A DNA stretch of 64,000 bases. Source: a virus. The first letter of the stretch is position 1; the number at the start of each line of letters is the position of its first letter. The position numbers were made by a program, and so were the translations under genes. The stretch is taken from the IMG/VR virus record IMGVR_UViG_3300027704_003324, positions 1 to 64,000 of that record. The stretch is one strand, 5' to 3'. The notes under the pieces are model-generated. The model was given only the letters and a program-made list of their open reading frames with translations. It ran no database searches and had not been told where the DNA came from. Below, piece by piece: positions 47,673-54,987 of this stretch.

Positions 47673-48462
47673 TTGTAAACCATTTAAATTTTTGTATATT
47701 ATTTTTAATAGTATCCAACTGCTCAATTGTGAGCTCTGAGTTAATTAGTTCATGAAGTTTCTGACGCTCTTTAGACCATAGTCCATCGGTTCCGTATGTA
47801 ATTCCTTTAATTCCATGTACTACAGGATTTGAAGTATCTAATGAGTAGATCCAATCATAGTCAGAATGCTTATAAAAACTAAACTCTTGAGGAAGTCCAC
47901 ATCCTAATAAGTGATGAGGCTTATCTTTATTAATTACCCCGTCTTTAAGTAAGTCTCCTAGTAGCTTAACACGTCCTAGCATCCAACTAACGTACTTGTT
48001 AGCATGAGGAAAAGAATCGGTGTAATACGAATAATCAAAAGAGATAGCAATCATATCTACATTAGCTATTTCATCCATAGCTTTGTAACATTCTCTGATT
48101 TGCTTATAATTTTTACCTTGAACAACCCCTATACTTTTACCAGGGACATCACTATGGTTTTTAGTCCAATTTGCAGCTTGTTGCATAGTCTTATGAGCAT
48201 CTTCTAAAGCATCCGGAATAATATACCAAGTAGGTCTTATTTCTTTAACCCAATATGCAAATTTATGTGCATCAAACGCTTCTTCTAATTCAAAGATAGA
48301 GTTATCTAAAATAACCTCTCTACCACTAGCTATTGCTTTCTTAAATTGTTCCAAATAAATTGGATCCTCTTCAAAGAGGTGCACTAAGGCATAATCGTAA
48401 TCAGTTAAATACTGTACTTCATCAAAAATACTCTTCGGACTTTCGTGTGCTATTTTAATCAT
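47665..48462 (-). CDS. dpdA: TGT-like DNA 7-deazaguanine transglycosylase (DpdA, probably DpdA3 type)
   Basis: ILDNSIFE, IIPD, GVVQG, HHLLG, SLDTS TIM-barrel motifs; que gene context. Confidence 0.8.
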   Translation of the reverse strand: MIKIAHESPKSIFDEVQYLTDYDYALVHLFEEDPIYLEQFKKAIASGREVILDNSIFELEEAFDAHKFAYWVKEIRPTWYIIPDALEDAHKTMQQAANWTKNHSDVPGKSIGVVQGKNYKQIRECYKAMDEIANVDMIAISFDYSYYTDSFPHANKYVSWMLGRVKLLGDLLKDGVINKDKPHHLLGCGLPQEFSFYKHSDYDWIYSLDTSNPVVHGIKGITYGTDGLWSKERQKLHELINSELTIEQLDTIKNNIQKFKWFTNG

Positions 48463-48643
48463 TTATTTCTGTTCTAAAACCTTTATCTAAATTAACCAAT
48501 GACTTTTGTACCATATTTACTACCTCATCTAATTTTAAAGTAACTAAATCAATGGCTGCAGTTGCAGTATCAAGAGGTATATACTTTACTCCCTCTATCT
48601 CTTTTACATCTTTCAGTAGATCTATTTGCTTATCTTTACTCAT
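48455..48643 (-). CDS. hypothetical protein
   Basis: coupled ORF. Confidence 0.6.
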   Translation of the reverse strand: MSKDKQIDLLKDVKEIEGVKYIPLDTATAAIDLVTLKLDEVVNMVQKSLVNLDKGFRTEIND

Positions 48644-49227
48644 TATATTCCTATTGATTCGTTTCTAAATTTAGCTAATTCATCATCAGAGAAGAATTGA
48701 TGTAAGTCTGGTCTGAAGTAATTAGTTGCTTTCATTACTTTTCGGTCTCTAGATCGATAGACAATATACCGTCCTTCCTTAACCTTCTCAAAATGGCAGG
48801 CCTCACCTTGCTCCGTACTTCTTTGGCTGACGGCCTGTATGGCTTCTTCTTCAGTAGTACAAGCTTTTGACATATTGCTTGCTTGTACTTCTGCATATGC
48901 GGGCCGTATCTTATCCTTAAGGCCATGTAGCATAACACCGTTCCCAAGGGAAACATAAGTAATGTCGCACAAAGCGTCCAGAACTTCCACAATGTCTCCG
49001 TTTTCGCAAGCGACTCTATATTCTTCAAGTTCTTCGAGTATGAAGTCGTAAACGAATTGCCACTCTTTCTTAGCTGGTATAGTAGGTTCATAATTATTTG
49101 GTTTATTAAAAGTATCGTTAAAAATCTCTACTTCATCTACGAAAGGAACTGGGTTGATAGTAACCTTACCATCCGCCTCACTCCAGTTTCCAGCTTTTTC
49201 AGGAAATAATTTTAATTGCTCACTCAT
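48643..49227 (-). CDS. MazG-like (PRA-PH/DR2231-type) NTP pyrophosphohydrolase
   Basis: ILEELEEY, EVLDALCDITYV, V..SNMSK, KV.K. Confidence 0.85.
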   Translation of the reverse strand: MSEQLKLFPEKAGNWSEADGKVTINPVPFVDEVEIFNDTFNKPNNYEPTIPAKKEWQFVYDFILEELEEYRVACENGDIVEVLDALCDITYVSLGNGVMLHGLKDKIRPAYAEVQASNMSKACTTEEEAIQAVSQRSTEQGEACHFEKVKEGRYIVYRSRDRKVMKATNYFRPDLHQFFSDDELAKFRNESIGI

Positions 49228-49228
49228 C

Positions 49229-49432
49229 TTAATATACTTTAATAATTCTAGATTCTGTTAAGCTAATAATTTTAAAGTTAGTCTCACTAAGCTCTTCTAA
49301 CATTTTATATGTTTTAGCTTCAGCTTCTGTTCCTGTCATAGCATCTACTAAGTATACTTCTTTTACTTTTTGAATTCTACCATTATCGTTTTCTCTTTCA
49401 AACTGGGTAGTTACTTGCCAATAATTTGTCAT
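49229..49432 (-). CDS. DUF4494-like protein (Bacteroidota family)
   Basis: ENDNG..QKVKEVYLVDAM...EAEA. Confidence 0.7.
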   Translation of the reverse strand: MTNYWQVTTQFERENDNGRIQKVKEVYLVDAMTGTEAEAKTYKMLEELSETNFKIISLTESRIIKVY

Positions 49433-49439
49433 ATCTCTT

Positions 49440-49967
49440 TTATTTATTTAATTTATTAGTATTTTCTTTAGGCATTGTTAAACCTCCTATAAGGTTTATG
49501 TCATCTCTTTCGTCCTGTCTTTCATCTGGTTCGTTTGCTAAAAGCTCATTAGCCATTTCTATCCACTCCGGTAGGTCTACTTGTTCTTTATCTAAGACCT
49601 CTTGCATAGTTCCGATCCATTCATCTTCTCTTTTATAATCATCTTCTAATCGTACTATATCATCTTCTCCGAAGTAGGTACCAGTCTGTACTTCTATAAA
49701 TCTTACTGGTTTATCTGTTTCATTCCAAGCTCTATGTTTAGCTCCTAATGGTATTTTAATAGATTCTCCTGCTTTTCTAAATACTTTCTCATCATCAAGT
49801 ATAATAGTTAGTTCACCGTAGATAACAGTCCACTGCTCTTTACGTTTCGTGTGGTACTGGTAAGAGAGTCTTTGTCCGGGTTCAACTTCTATAATCTTAA
49901 CTTTAGCTTCTGAGGTATCATGTAATACTTCATATGCACCCCAAGGTCTATATTCTAATGACGACAT
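49440..49967 (-). CDS. type II mannose-6-phosphate isomerase cupin
   Basis: RPWG.Y, V.PGQRLSYQYH..R.E.W, IEVQTG.Y.GEDDIVRLEDDY.R. Confidence 0.9.
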   Translation of the reverse strand: MSSLEYRPWGAYEVLHDTSEAKVKIIEVEPGQRLSYQYHTKRKEQWTVIYGELTIILDDEKVFRKAGESIKIPLGAKHRAWNETDKPVRFIEVQTGTYFGEDDIVRLEDDYKREDEWIGTMQEVLDKEQVDLPEWIEMANELLANEPDERQDERDDINLIGGLTMPKENTNKLNK

Positions 49968-50668
49968 ATGCTTGCTAATTCTATATTCTTATAAAACTCT
50001 GCTTTTGCAGAATCCTCATTTAAAAATGCTCCTGTTAACTTAGCAGTCTGCATTGAAGCTCCTTGATGCTTCACTCCTCTACAACTTACACAATTATGTG
50101 TTGCAGATATCATAACTGCTACTCCTAAATTACCTTCACATATCTTATTAACAGCATTATGAATAGCAACTGTTAATTGTTCTTGAATAGCACCTCTTCT
50201 TCCGAATTGCTCTACTATTCTATTTAATTTAGATAAGCCGACAACCTTCCCGGTCTCTGAAGCTATATAAGCTATGCTCACTTGTCCACCAATATTTTGG
50301 TGGTGGTGGGAGCACATAGACGTAACTGGAATATTAGATTCTTGTACGATTCCGTCGTAGCCGTCGCTAGGGAATGCCGTAATTCTGTCTAATGGCTCAT
50401 ATCGGCCCTTCCATAAATCGTTAACGTATGCTTTCGCTACTCTACGGGGAGTCTCAGAAGAGTTCGGATCATTTTTCCAATCCGTACCAAGAGCAGTCAA
50501 GAAGTCTCCAAATGCTTTTTCAGCATTATTAATGATAACTTCCTTCTCTTCTGATGTTAATCTAGCCTCAGGTCCGTCGGTTGCCTGCTTATCTGCTAGT
50601 TGAATGGATATACCGTTTGCATATCCAGCTTTTACTAATTCTGTTCCTTCTATAAACTTCTTTGCCAT
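49955..50668 (-). CDS. folE: GTP cyclohydrolase I
   Basis: TPRRVAK, SMCSHH, GLSKLNR, IQEQLT, HNCVSCRGV; start reassigned to MAKKFIEG. Confidence 0.95.
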   Translation of the reverse strand: MAKKFIEGTELVKAGYANGISIQLADKQATDGPEARLTSEEKEVIINNAEKAFGDFLTALGTDWKNDPNSSETPRRVAKAYVNDLWKGRYEPLDRITAFPSDGYDGIVQESNIPVTSMCSHHHQNIGGQVSIAYIASETGKVVGLSKLNRIVEQFGRRGAIQEQLTVAIHNAVNKICEGNLGVAVMISATHNCVSCRGVKHQGASMQTAKLTGAFLNEDSAKAEFYKNIELASICRH

Positions 50669-50678
50669 TTTCTCTTTA

Positions 50679-50705
50679 CTTGTTTTGTAGTGGTGCTTCA
50701 ACACT
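50679..50705 (-). ncRNA. preQ1-I-like riboswitch aptamer (folE leader)
   Basis: AGUG-UUGAAGCAC-CACU-ACAAAACAAG, between the promoter (50716-50748) and the folE start. Confidence 0.65.
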
Positions 50706-50734
50706 TATTAATACTTTAATATACGATTTTATTT

Positions 50735-51142
50735 TCATTTAACCAAATAATCTTGTATAGGATTTGAATTATCTTTTTCCCATGGATAAACTATCCACCC
50801 ATAATCATCTGCTATTTCTTGTGCATAGTACTCTGGTTTTGCTACTGATGTTGTCTTATAGTGAAGAGTAGCAAATTTAGGGTTAAACATAGTACCTCTT
50901 AAATCAAAGATTGTTTTACCGCTATCTGCTATATCATCTATAATCAATAGCTTAGGATAGTGGTTACTTGTGTACTGCATATAAGGTACTTCAAACCTAT
51001 GTGAGTACATTATTGCTAAAATGGTGCCTCCTCTTGGTATTCCAGTAACGTAGTCTATACTACCTTTACATTGTTCGTGTACTTTATCTAATAGTTCATA
51101 GACATCATCCCAAGTTAAGAATATTTTTTTTATTTCTCCCAT
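50735..51142 (-). CDS. type I purine phosphoribosyltransferase (Gpt-like)
   Basis: GIPRGG, LLIIDDIADSGKT, WIVYPWE; start probably MGEIKK. Confidence 0.9.
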   Translation of the reverse strand: MGEIKKIFLTWDDVYELLDKVHEQCKGSIDYVTGIPRGGTILAIMYSHRFEVPYMQYTSNHYPKLLIIDDIADSGKTIFDLRGTMFNPKFATLHYKTTSVAKPEYYAQEIADDYGWIVYPWEKDNSNPIQDYLVK

Positions 51143-51270
51143 GTTGTTGTTGTTGTCCATATCGTAGGATCTATTACGTAGTTAAGTTCTTTCTCAAAGT
51201 TTAATTCTCTTACTTTTTTGCCTAATTCTTGATCATTAGGTGTGTCGTGTATTATTTGTTTAAGGTTCAT
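51130..51270 (-). CDS. small hypothetical protein (46 aa, [11 protein letters not shown] motif)
   Basis: translated by hand; overlaps both neighbours slightly. Confidence 0.45.
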   Translation of the reverse strand: MNLKQIIHDTPNDQELGKKVRELNFEKELNYVIDPTIWTTTTTWEK

Positions 51271-51571
51271 ATTTTAATCCAAAAAATTTATAATTATTTA
51301 TAACTGCTTCTTTTTCTCCGTCGGCGATTGCATCTTCTTCTGTTTCGTATATTGCGTCTACTGGGCATTCTGGTATACAGGCTCCACAATCAATACATTC
51401 GTCTGGGTTGATATAAAGGCTTTTGCCTATTAGTTGTGATTTGGTCATTTCTGCAACTTCTGCTCCTGCTCCTGTTATATCTATAGGACCATGTATACAG
51501 TCTACAGGGCAAACTGTTACGCAAGCTGTATCGCAGGTACTAATGCACGGACTTCCTATTATATAACTCAT
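51260..51571 (-). CDS. dicluster 4Fe-4S ferredoxin
   Basis: C...CD.ACV.VCPVDCI and [13 protein letters not shown]. Confidence 0.92.
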   Translation of the reverse strand: MSYIIGSPCISTCDTACVTVCPVDCIHGPIDITGAGAEVAEMTKSQLIGKSLYINPDECIDCGACIPECPVDAIYETEEDAIADGEKEAVINNYKFFGLKYEP

Positions 51572-52350
51572 TATACTTCTCTTTGATCTTCAAATGCAAT
51601 GATATGGGGTCTCCAAGTCATTCTATACCCATTATCTCTAACCCAATCAAACAATACAGGGTAAGACTTAAATAGAGATTCTCTTGAGTCTCCTGCAGGC
51701 ATAAACCATACTTTATCTTGAGGTGCTTCTAAAGTATCTATACATTCCATTATTTCTTTTAATGCTGCTTTATCTTTACCATCCCATACCGGCTTTAAGT
51801 GGTAGTTAGAATGGTATGCAATACTTTTTTTCATTGCTTCATAATTAAGTCTAAACTTATTATGTTGTTTAATCATCCTTTCATCAGTAATCTTACCTTG
51901 TGGTGTTGCCACTCCAAGTACAGGTACCGAGTTAGAGAATTTGGGACTGATAGAAAGCAAATTGATAGGATAATCCGTAGGTAGAAAATGACTACCTTCG
52001 TTCTCCATAGTAATAAAAATATCTTTTTCATTAGCAAAATGTGTTAATTCATTAACTAGTTTTCCATGCATTGAAGGTGATCCTCCAGTAAGCATCATTT
52101 CTTTAATATGAGGATTCTTCTCATATGCTTTAATTATATCATTAAAGTTATATTGACCTTTATCTGGATGAATAGATGTATACCAGCTATCACACCAGCC
52201 TCCTTCTCCAAAATAACATCTATGAGTACATCCTGTAGTTCTAATCACTACCGTTGGATAACCTGCTCTACTACCTTCTGACTGTACCGCTGTATATATT
52301 TCTACAATCGGTAAATTTTTATCGTAATCTTCTACTCTACCTAGGGACAT
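51571..52350 (-). CDS. queE: 7-carboxy-7-deazaguanine synthase (radical SAM)
   Basis: QSEG..AG.P, RTTGC...C........CDS, LTGG.P, SISPK. Confidence 0.92.
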   Translation of the reverse strand: MSLGRVEDYDKNLPIVEIYTAVQSEGSRAGYPTVVIRTTGCTHRCYFGEGGWCDSWYTSIHPDKGQYNFNDIIKAYEKNPHIKEMMLTGGSPSMHGKLVNELTHFANEKDIFITMENEGSHFLPTDYPINLLSISPKFSNSVPVLGVATPQGKITDERMIKQHNKFRLNYEAMKKSIAYHSNYHLKPVWDGKDKAALKEIMECIDTLEAPQDKVWFMPAGDSRESLFKSYPVLFDWVRDNGYRMTWRPHIIAFEDQREV

Positions 52351-52804
52351 ATATTGCTGAGTTTTTACCGTGTTCTCTAAATTCTACTTTTATAACTTTT
52401 ACTCTACCTTCAGTTTCCGTTTCTATGAATGGAGCTAACTTTTCGTATATATACTGTGAGAACTTCTCTGCTCCTGTAGCAGGTACTACTCTAACCTGTG
52501 CTATACCTATTTGATTAAGCCTCATTGCTTCAGGTAGAAATGGATCGTCTTCTGCTATTAAGTAGGTATGGTCAAACATATGATCCATCCATACTTTTGG
52601 AGACATTCCATCTATTAAGGTCTTAGCTCTTTTCATTCCTCCGAAATCCCATACCCAGTTTCTTTCATCTAAATCTCCTTCAAACCATAGTTTAAAAGAT
52701 ACTCCATAACCGTGTAGAAATCTACAATGAGTAGTTTCGGCTTTCCATTGTCGAAAGACTGTACTGAATCCATCGAATACTTTTGTTGATTGATATTTTG
52801 CCAT
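52337..52804 (-). CDS. queD: 6-carboxytetrahydropterin synthase
   Basis: HCRFLHGY, WVWDFG, FDH, AE, VEFREH. Confidence 0.9.
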   Translation of the reverse strand: MAKYQSTKVFDGFSTVFRQWKAETTHCRFLHGYGVSFKLWFEGDLDERNWVWDFGGMKRAKTLIDGMSPKVWMDHMFDHTYLIAEDDPFLPEAMRLNQIGIAQVRVVPATGAEKFSQYIYEKLAPFIETETEGRVKVIKVEFREHGKNSAIYVPR

Positions 52805-52812
52805 AATATAAT

Positions 52813-53064
52813 TTAAACTAATTCTTCCCCAATTCCAACTAATTCAGCTAAAAATAATAAAATAAAGCCTAACTCAAATAATCCGAAGAATCCAAAAGCA
52901 CATGCTCCTAGTCGAATTGCGGATTTAATAAAAGATATTTTTTGGTGTAAACTAGGATCGGGTATTTTTTGACCGTTGATCTCTAATGACGGTTTCATAA
53001 CTACTTGCCCTCGATCGTCTCTGTAATAAAGATCATCGTTCAATTTCTCTTGTAACTTTTTCAT
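52813..53064 (-). CDS. small membrane protein leading the queD operon
   Basis: C-terminal hydrophobic hairpin ending AELVGIGEELV. Confidence 0.65.
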   Translation of the reverse strand: MKKLQEKLNDDLYYRDDRGQVVMKPSLEINGQKIPDPSLHQKISFIKSAIRLGACAFGFFGLFELGFILLFLAELVGIGEELV

Positions 53065-53066
53065 TT

Positions 53067-53094
53067 CGTGTTTTTAAAGTGGTACTGTGACACT
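53067..53094 (-). ncRNA. preQ1-I-like riboswitch aptamer (queD/queE operon leader)
   Basis: AGUG-UCACAGUAC-CACU-UUAAAAACACG followed by AA-AUG; promoter at 53111-53143. Confidence 0.7.
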
Positions 53095-53120
53095 ATCGCC
53101 TTATATTAATACAATATACG

Positions 53121-53152
53121 AAAAAAGGAGATAGTAACCAACTATCCCCCCT
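53121..53152 (-). terminator. intrinsic terminator overlapping the next promoter
   Basis: minus strand GGGGATAGT-TGGTT-ACTATCTCC-TTTTTT; contains the AGTTG -33 box. Confidence 0.7.
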
Positions 53153-53171
53153 TAATCTTCTGTATTTTATT

Positions 53172-54845
53172 TTATAAAGCTGCTATAGATGCTGTAAATG
53201 CATTATAGCTTGGAGCTGCTGCAACTAAATTCTTTAAAGCTGTTATGCTTATATAATTAGCAGATAGTGCATAAGAGCCTGTAGCTGCGTTAAGAGCACT
53301 AACTGATGGTAAGCTAGTAGTTAAAGCGTATGAACCTGTGGCTGAGTTAAGAGCTGTTAGGTCTACGTTAGTTAATACTGTTGAACCTGATAATAGTAAA
53401 GATCCTGTAACGTTTAAAGTTGTTGCAACGTTTACTTTTTTATTGAATAGCCATCTCTTATTAGATCTAACATATCCATCTTTTCGTGCTTCAAGTACTA
53501 CATCAGTTCCTCCTAATGACCCTGTTCCACCTCCTGTAAGTTGCATAGCAGGTTGTGTAGAGCCTGAGATAGCATACGAAGTTATAGAGATACCTGCATT
53601 TGGACCTGTCTTATCTGAAATGGTATAACCAGCGTAACGTTGTACTGATCCACTTTCTGTATCTAAGTAAGTCTGTACTCCAATTGAATTCCCTGGCTCT
53701 GCATAGGAGTTAATAGAAAAGTATCCTGAACCAGATATTGTCTGGTTACCTGTAAATGAATTACCTCCAGTTAAAGTAGCATGTGAACTAGTAGCTGCAT
53801 TTAAAGCAGTTACATCTGGTATATTACTTGCTAAAGCATACGAGCTTGTAGTTGCATTTAAAGCAGTTACATCTGGTATATTACTTGCTAAAGCATACGA
53901 GCTTGTAGCTGAGTTTATACTACTAACTGCTGTAGCTACTTGTGCATCTGTAGCAAAGGTAGCATCTAATGACCCTGTAAATGTATTAAGTGCTGTTAGA
54001 TCTGCGTTAGTTAATACTGTTGAACCTGATAATAATAGAGATCCTGTAACGTTTAGTACTCCTGTAACATTTACTTTCTTATTGAATATCCATCTCTTAT
54101 TAGATCTAACGTATCCATCTTTTTGAGCCTGAAGAATTACTGTTGTACCTCCTAATGACCCTGTTCCCCCTCCTGTAAGTTGCATAGCAGGCTGTGTAGA
54201 GCCTGATATAACATATGAATTAATCGAAATACCTGCATTTGGACCTGTCTTATCTGAAATGGTGTAGCCAGCGTAACGTTGTGCTGATCCGCTTTCTGTA
54301 TCTAAGTAGGTCTGTACTCCAATTGAATTTCCTGGCTCTGCATAGGAATTAATAGAGAAGTATCCAGATCCTGATATTGTTTGGTTTCCTGTAAATGAAT
54401 TCCCTCCAGCTAAAGTAGCATGTGAACTAGTAGCTGCATTTAAAGCAACAACTGCATTTGCTAATTGTGCATCAGTCGCATATGTAGCATCTAATGAACC
54501 TGTAAATGAATGTAAATTTTGTATGTGGCTATTTGCTGTTGCAATATTAGAATCAATAGACCCTGTTTTTGTATTTAAAGAACTTACTGCTGTTGATACT
54601 TGAGCATCAGTCGCATATGTTGCATCCAGAGAAGCACTAAATTGATCTAGCTTCTGTATAGCTGCAGTTACGTTTGAATATCCTTCAATACCTAATGAAC
54701 CGGTAACACTAAGGCTACCTGTAACTTTCAAAGCTCCAATAGATCCAGATACTAGTTTTCCTAGTCCATCTTGAAATTGAGCATTGTCAACTTGTACCAA
54801 TCGCTGGTACGTCTTGTTTATCTTCTTGCTTGTGAAATTTGCCAT
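53172..54845 (-). CDS. S/T/G/A-rich repetitive fibre-like (putative virion) protein
   Basis: TGSL/SGS repeats, coiled-coil repeats, duplicated ~150-aa module; class-II motif at 54862-54869. Confidence 0.65.
   Translation of the reverse strand: MANFTSKKINKTYQRLVQVDNAQFQDGLGKLVSGSIGALKVTGSLSVTGSLGIEGYSNVTAAIQKLDQFSASLDATYATDAQVSTAVSSLNTKTGSIDSNIATANSHIQNLHSFTGSLDATYATDAQLANAVVALNAATSSHATLAGGNSFTGNQTISGSGYFSINSYAEPGNSIGVQTYLDTESGSAQRYAGYTISDKTGPNAGISINSYVISGSTQPAMQLTGGGTGSLGGTTVILQAQKDGYVRSNKRWIFNKKVNVTGVLNVTGSLLLSGSTVLTNADLTALNTFTGSLDATFATDAQVATAVSSINSATSSYALASNIPDVTALNATTSSYALASNIPDVTALNAATSSHATLTGGNSFTGNQTISGSGYFSINSYAEPGNSIGVQTYLDTESGSVQRYAGYTISDKTGPNAGISITSYAISGSTQPAMQLTGGGTGSLGGTDVVLEARKDGYVRSNKRWLFNKKVNVATTLNVTGSLLLSGSTVLTNVDLTALNSATGSYALTTSLPSVSALNAATGSYALSANYISITALKNLVAAAPSYNAFTASIAAL
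53346..54447. repeat. intragenic direct duplication (about 460 bp, offset 639 bp)
   Basis: 53346-53808 aligns with 53985-54447 (anchors 53367/54006 and 53785/54424). Confidence 0.85.
53796..53908. repeat. 57-bp period tandem repeat (19 aa)
   Basis: identical 56-mers at 53796-53851 and 53853-53908. Confidence 0.9.
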
Positions 54846-54870
54846 GTATCTGAGTATATCTTATAAATAG

Positions 54871-54987
54871 CTAAAAGTTCTTATAATTAAATGGGTCTCT
54901 GTTTTTTAACTCACGAATCTTTTTCTTATACGCTCTTGACGCTTTCCATGTGGTATAGTATTCTTTTATTACTTTAAGTATTCTCAT
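54871..54987 (-). CDS. 38-aa peptide ending RDPFNYKNF, coupled to the carbamoyltransferase
   Basis: translated by hand; ATGA overlap with the upstream stop. Confidence 0.55.
   Translation of the reverse strand: MRILKVIKEYYTTWKASRAYKKKIRELKNRDPFNYKNF

Noticed and set aside
53796-53908. Tandem repeats as a CRISPR array or DGR template/variable repeat
   Set aside because: The repeats are in-frame coding units without spacers. Differences in the larger duplication are mostly synonymous rather than adenine-specific, and no reverse transcriptase is present.
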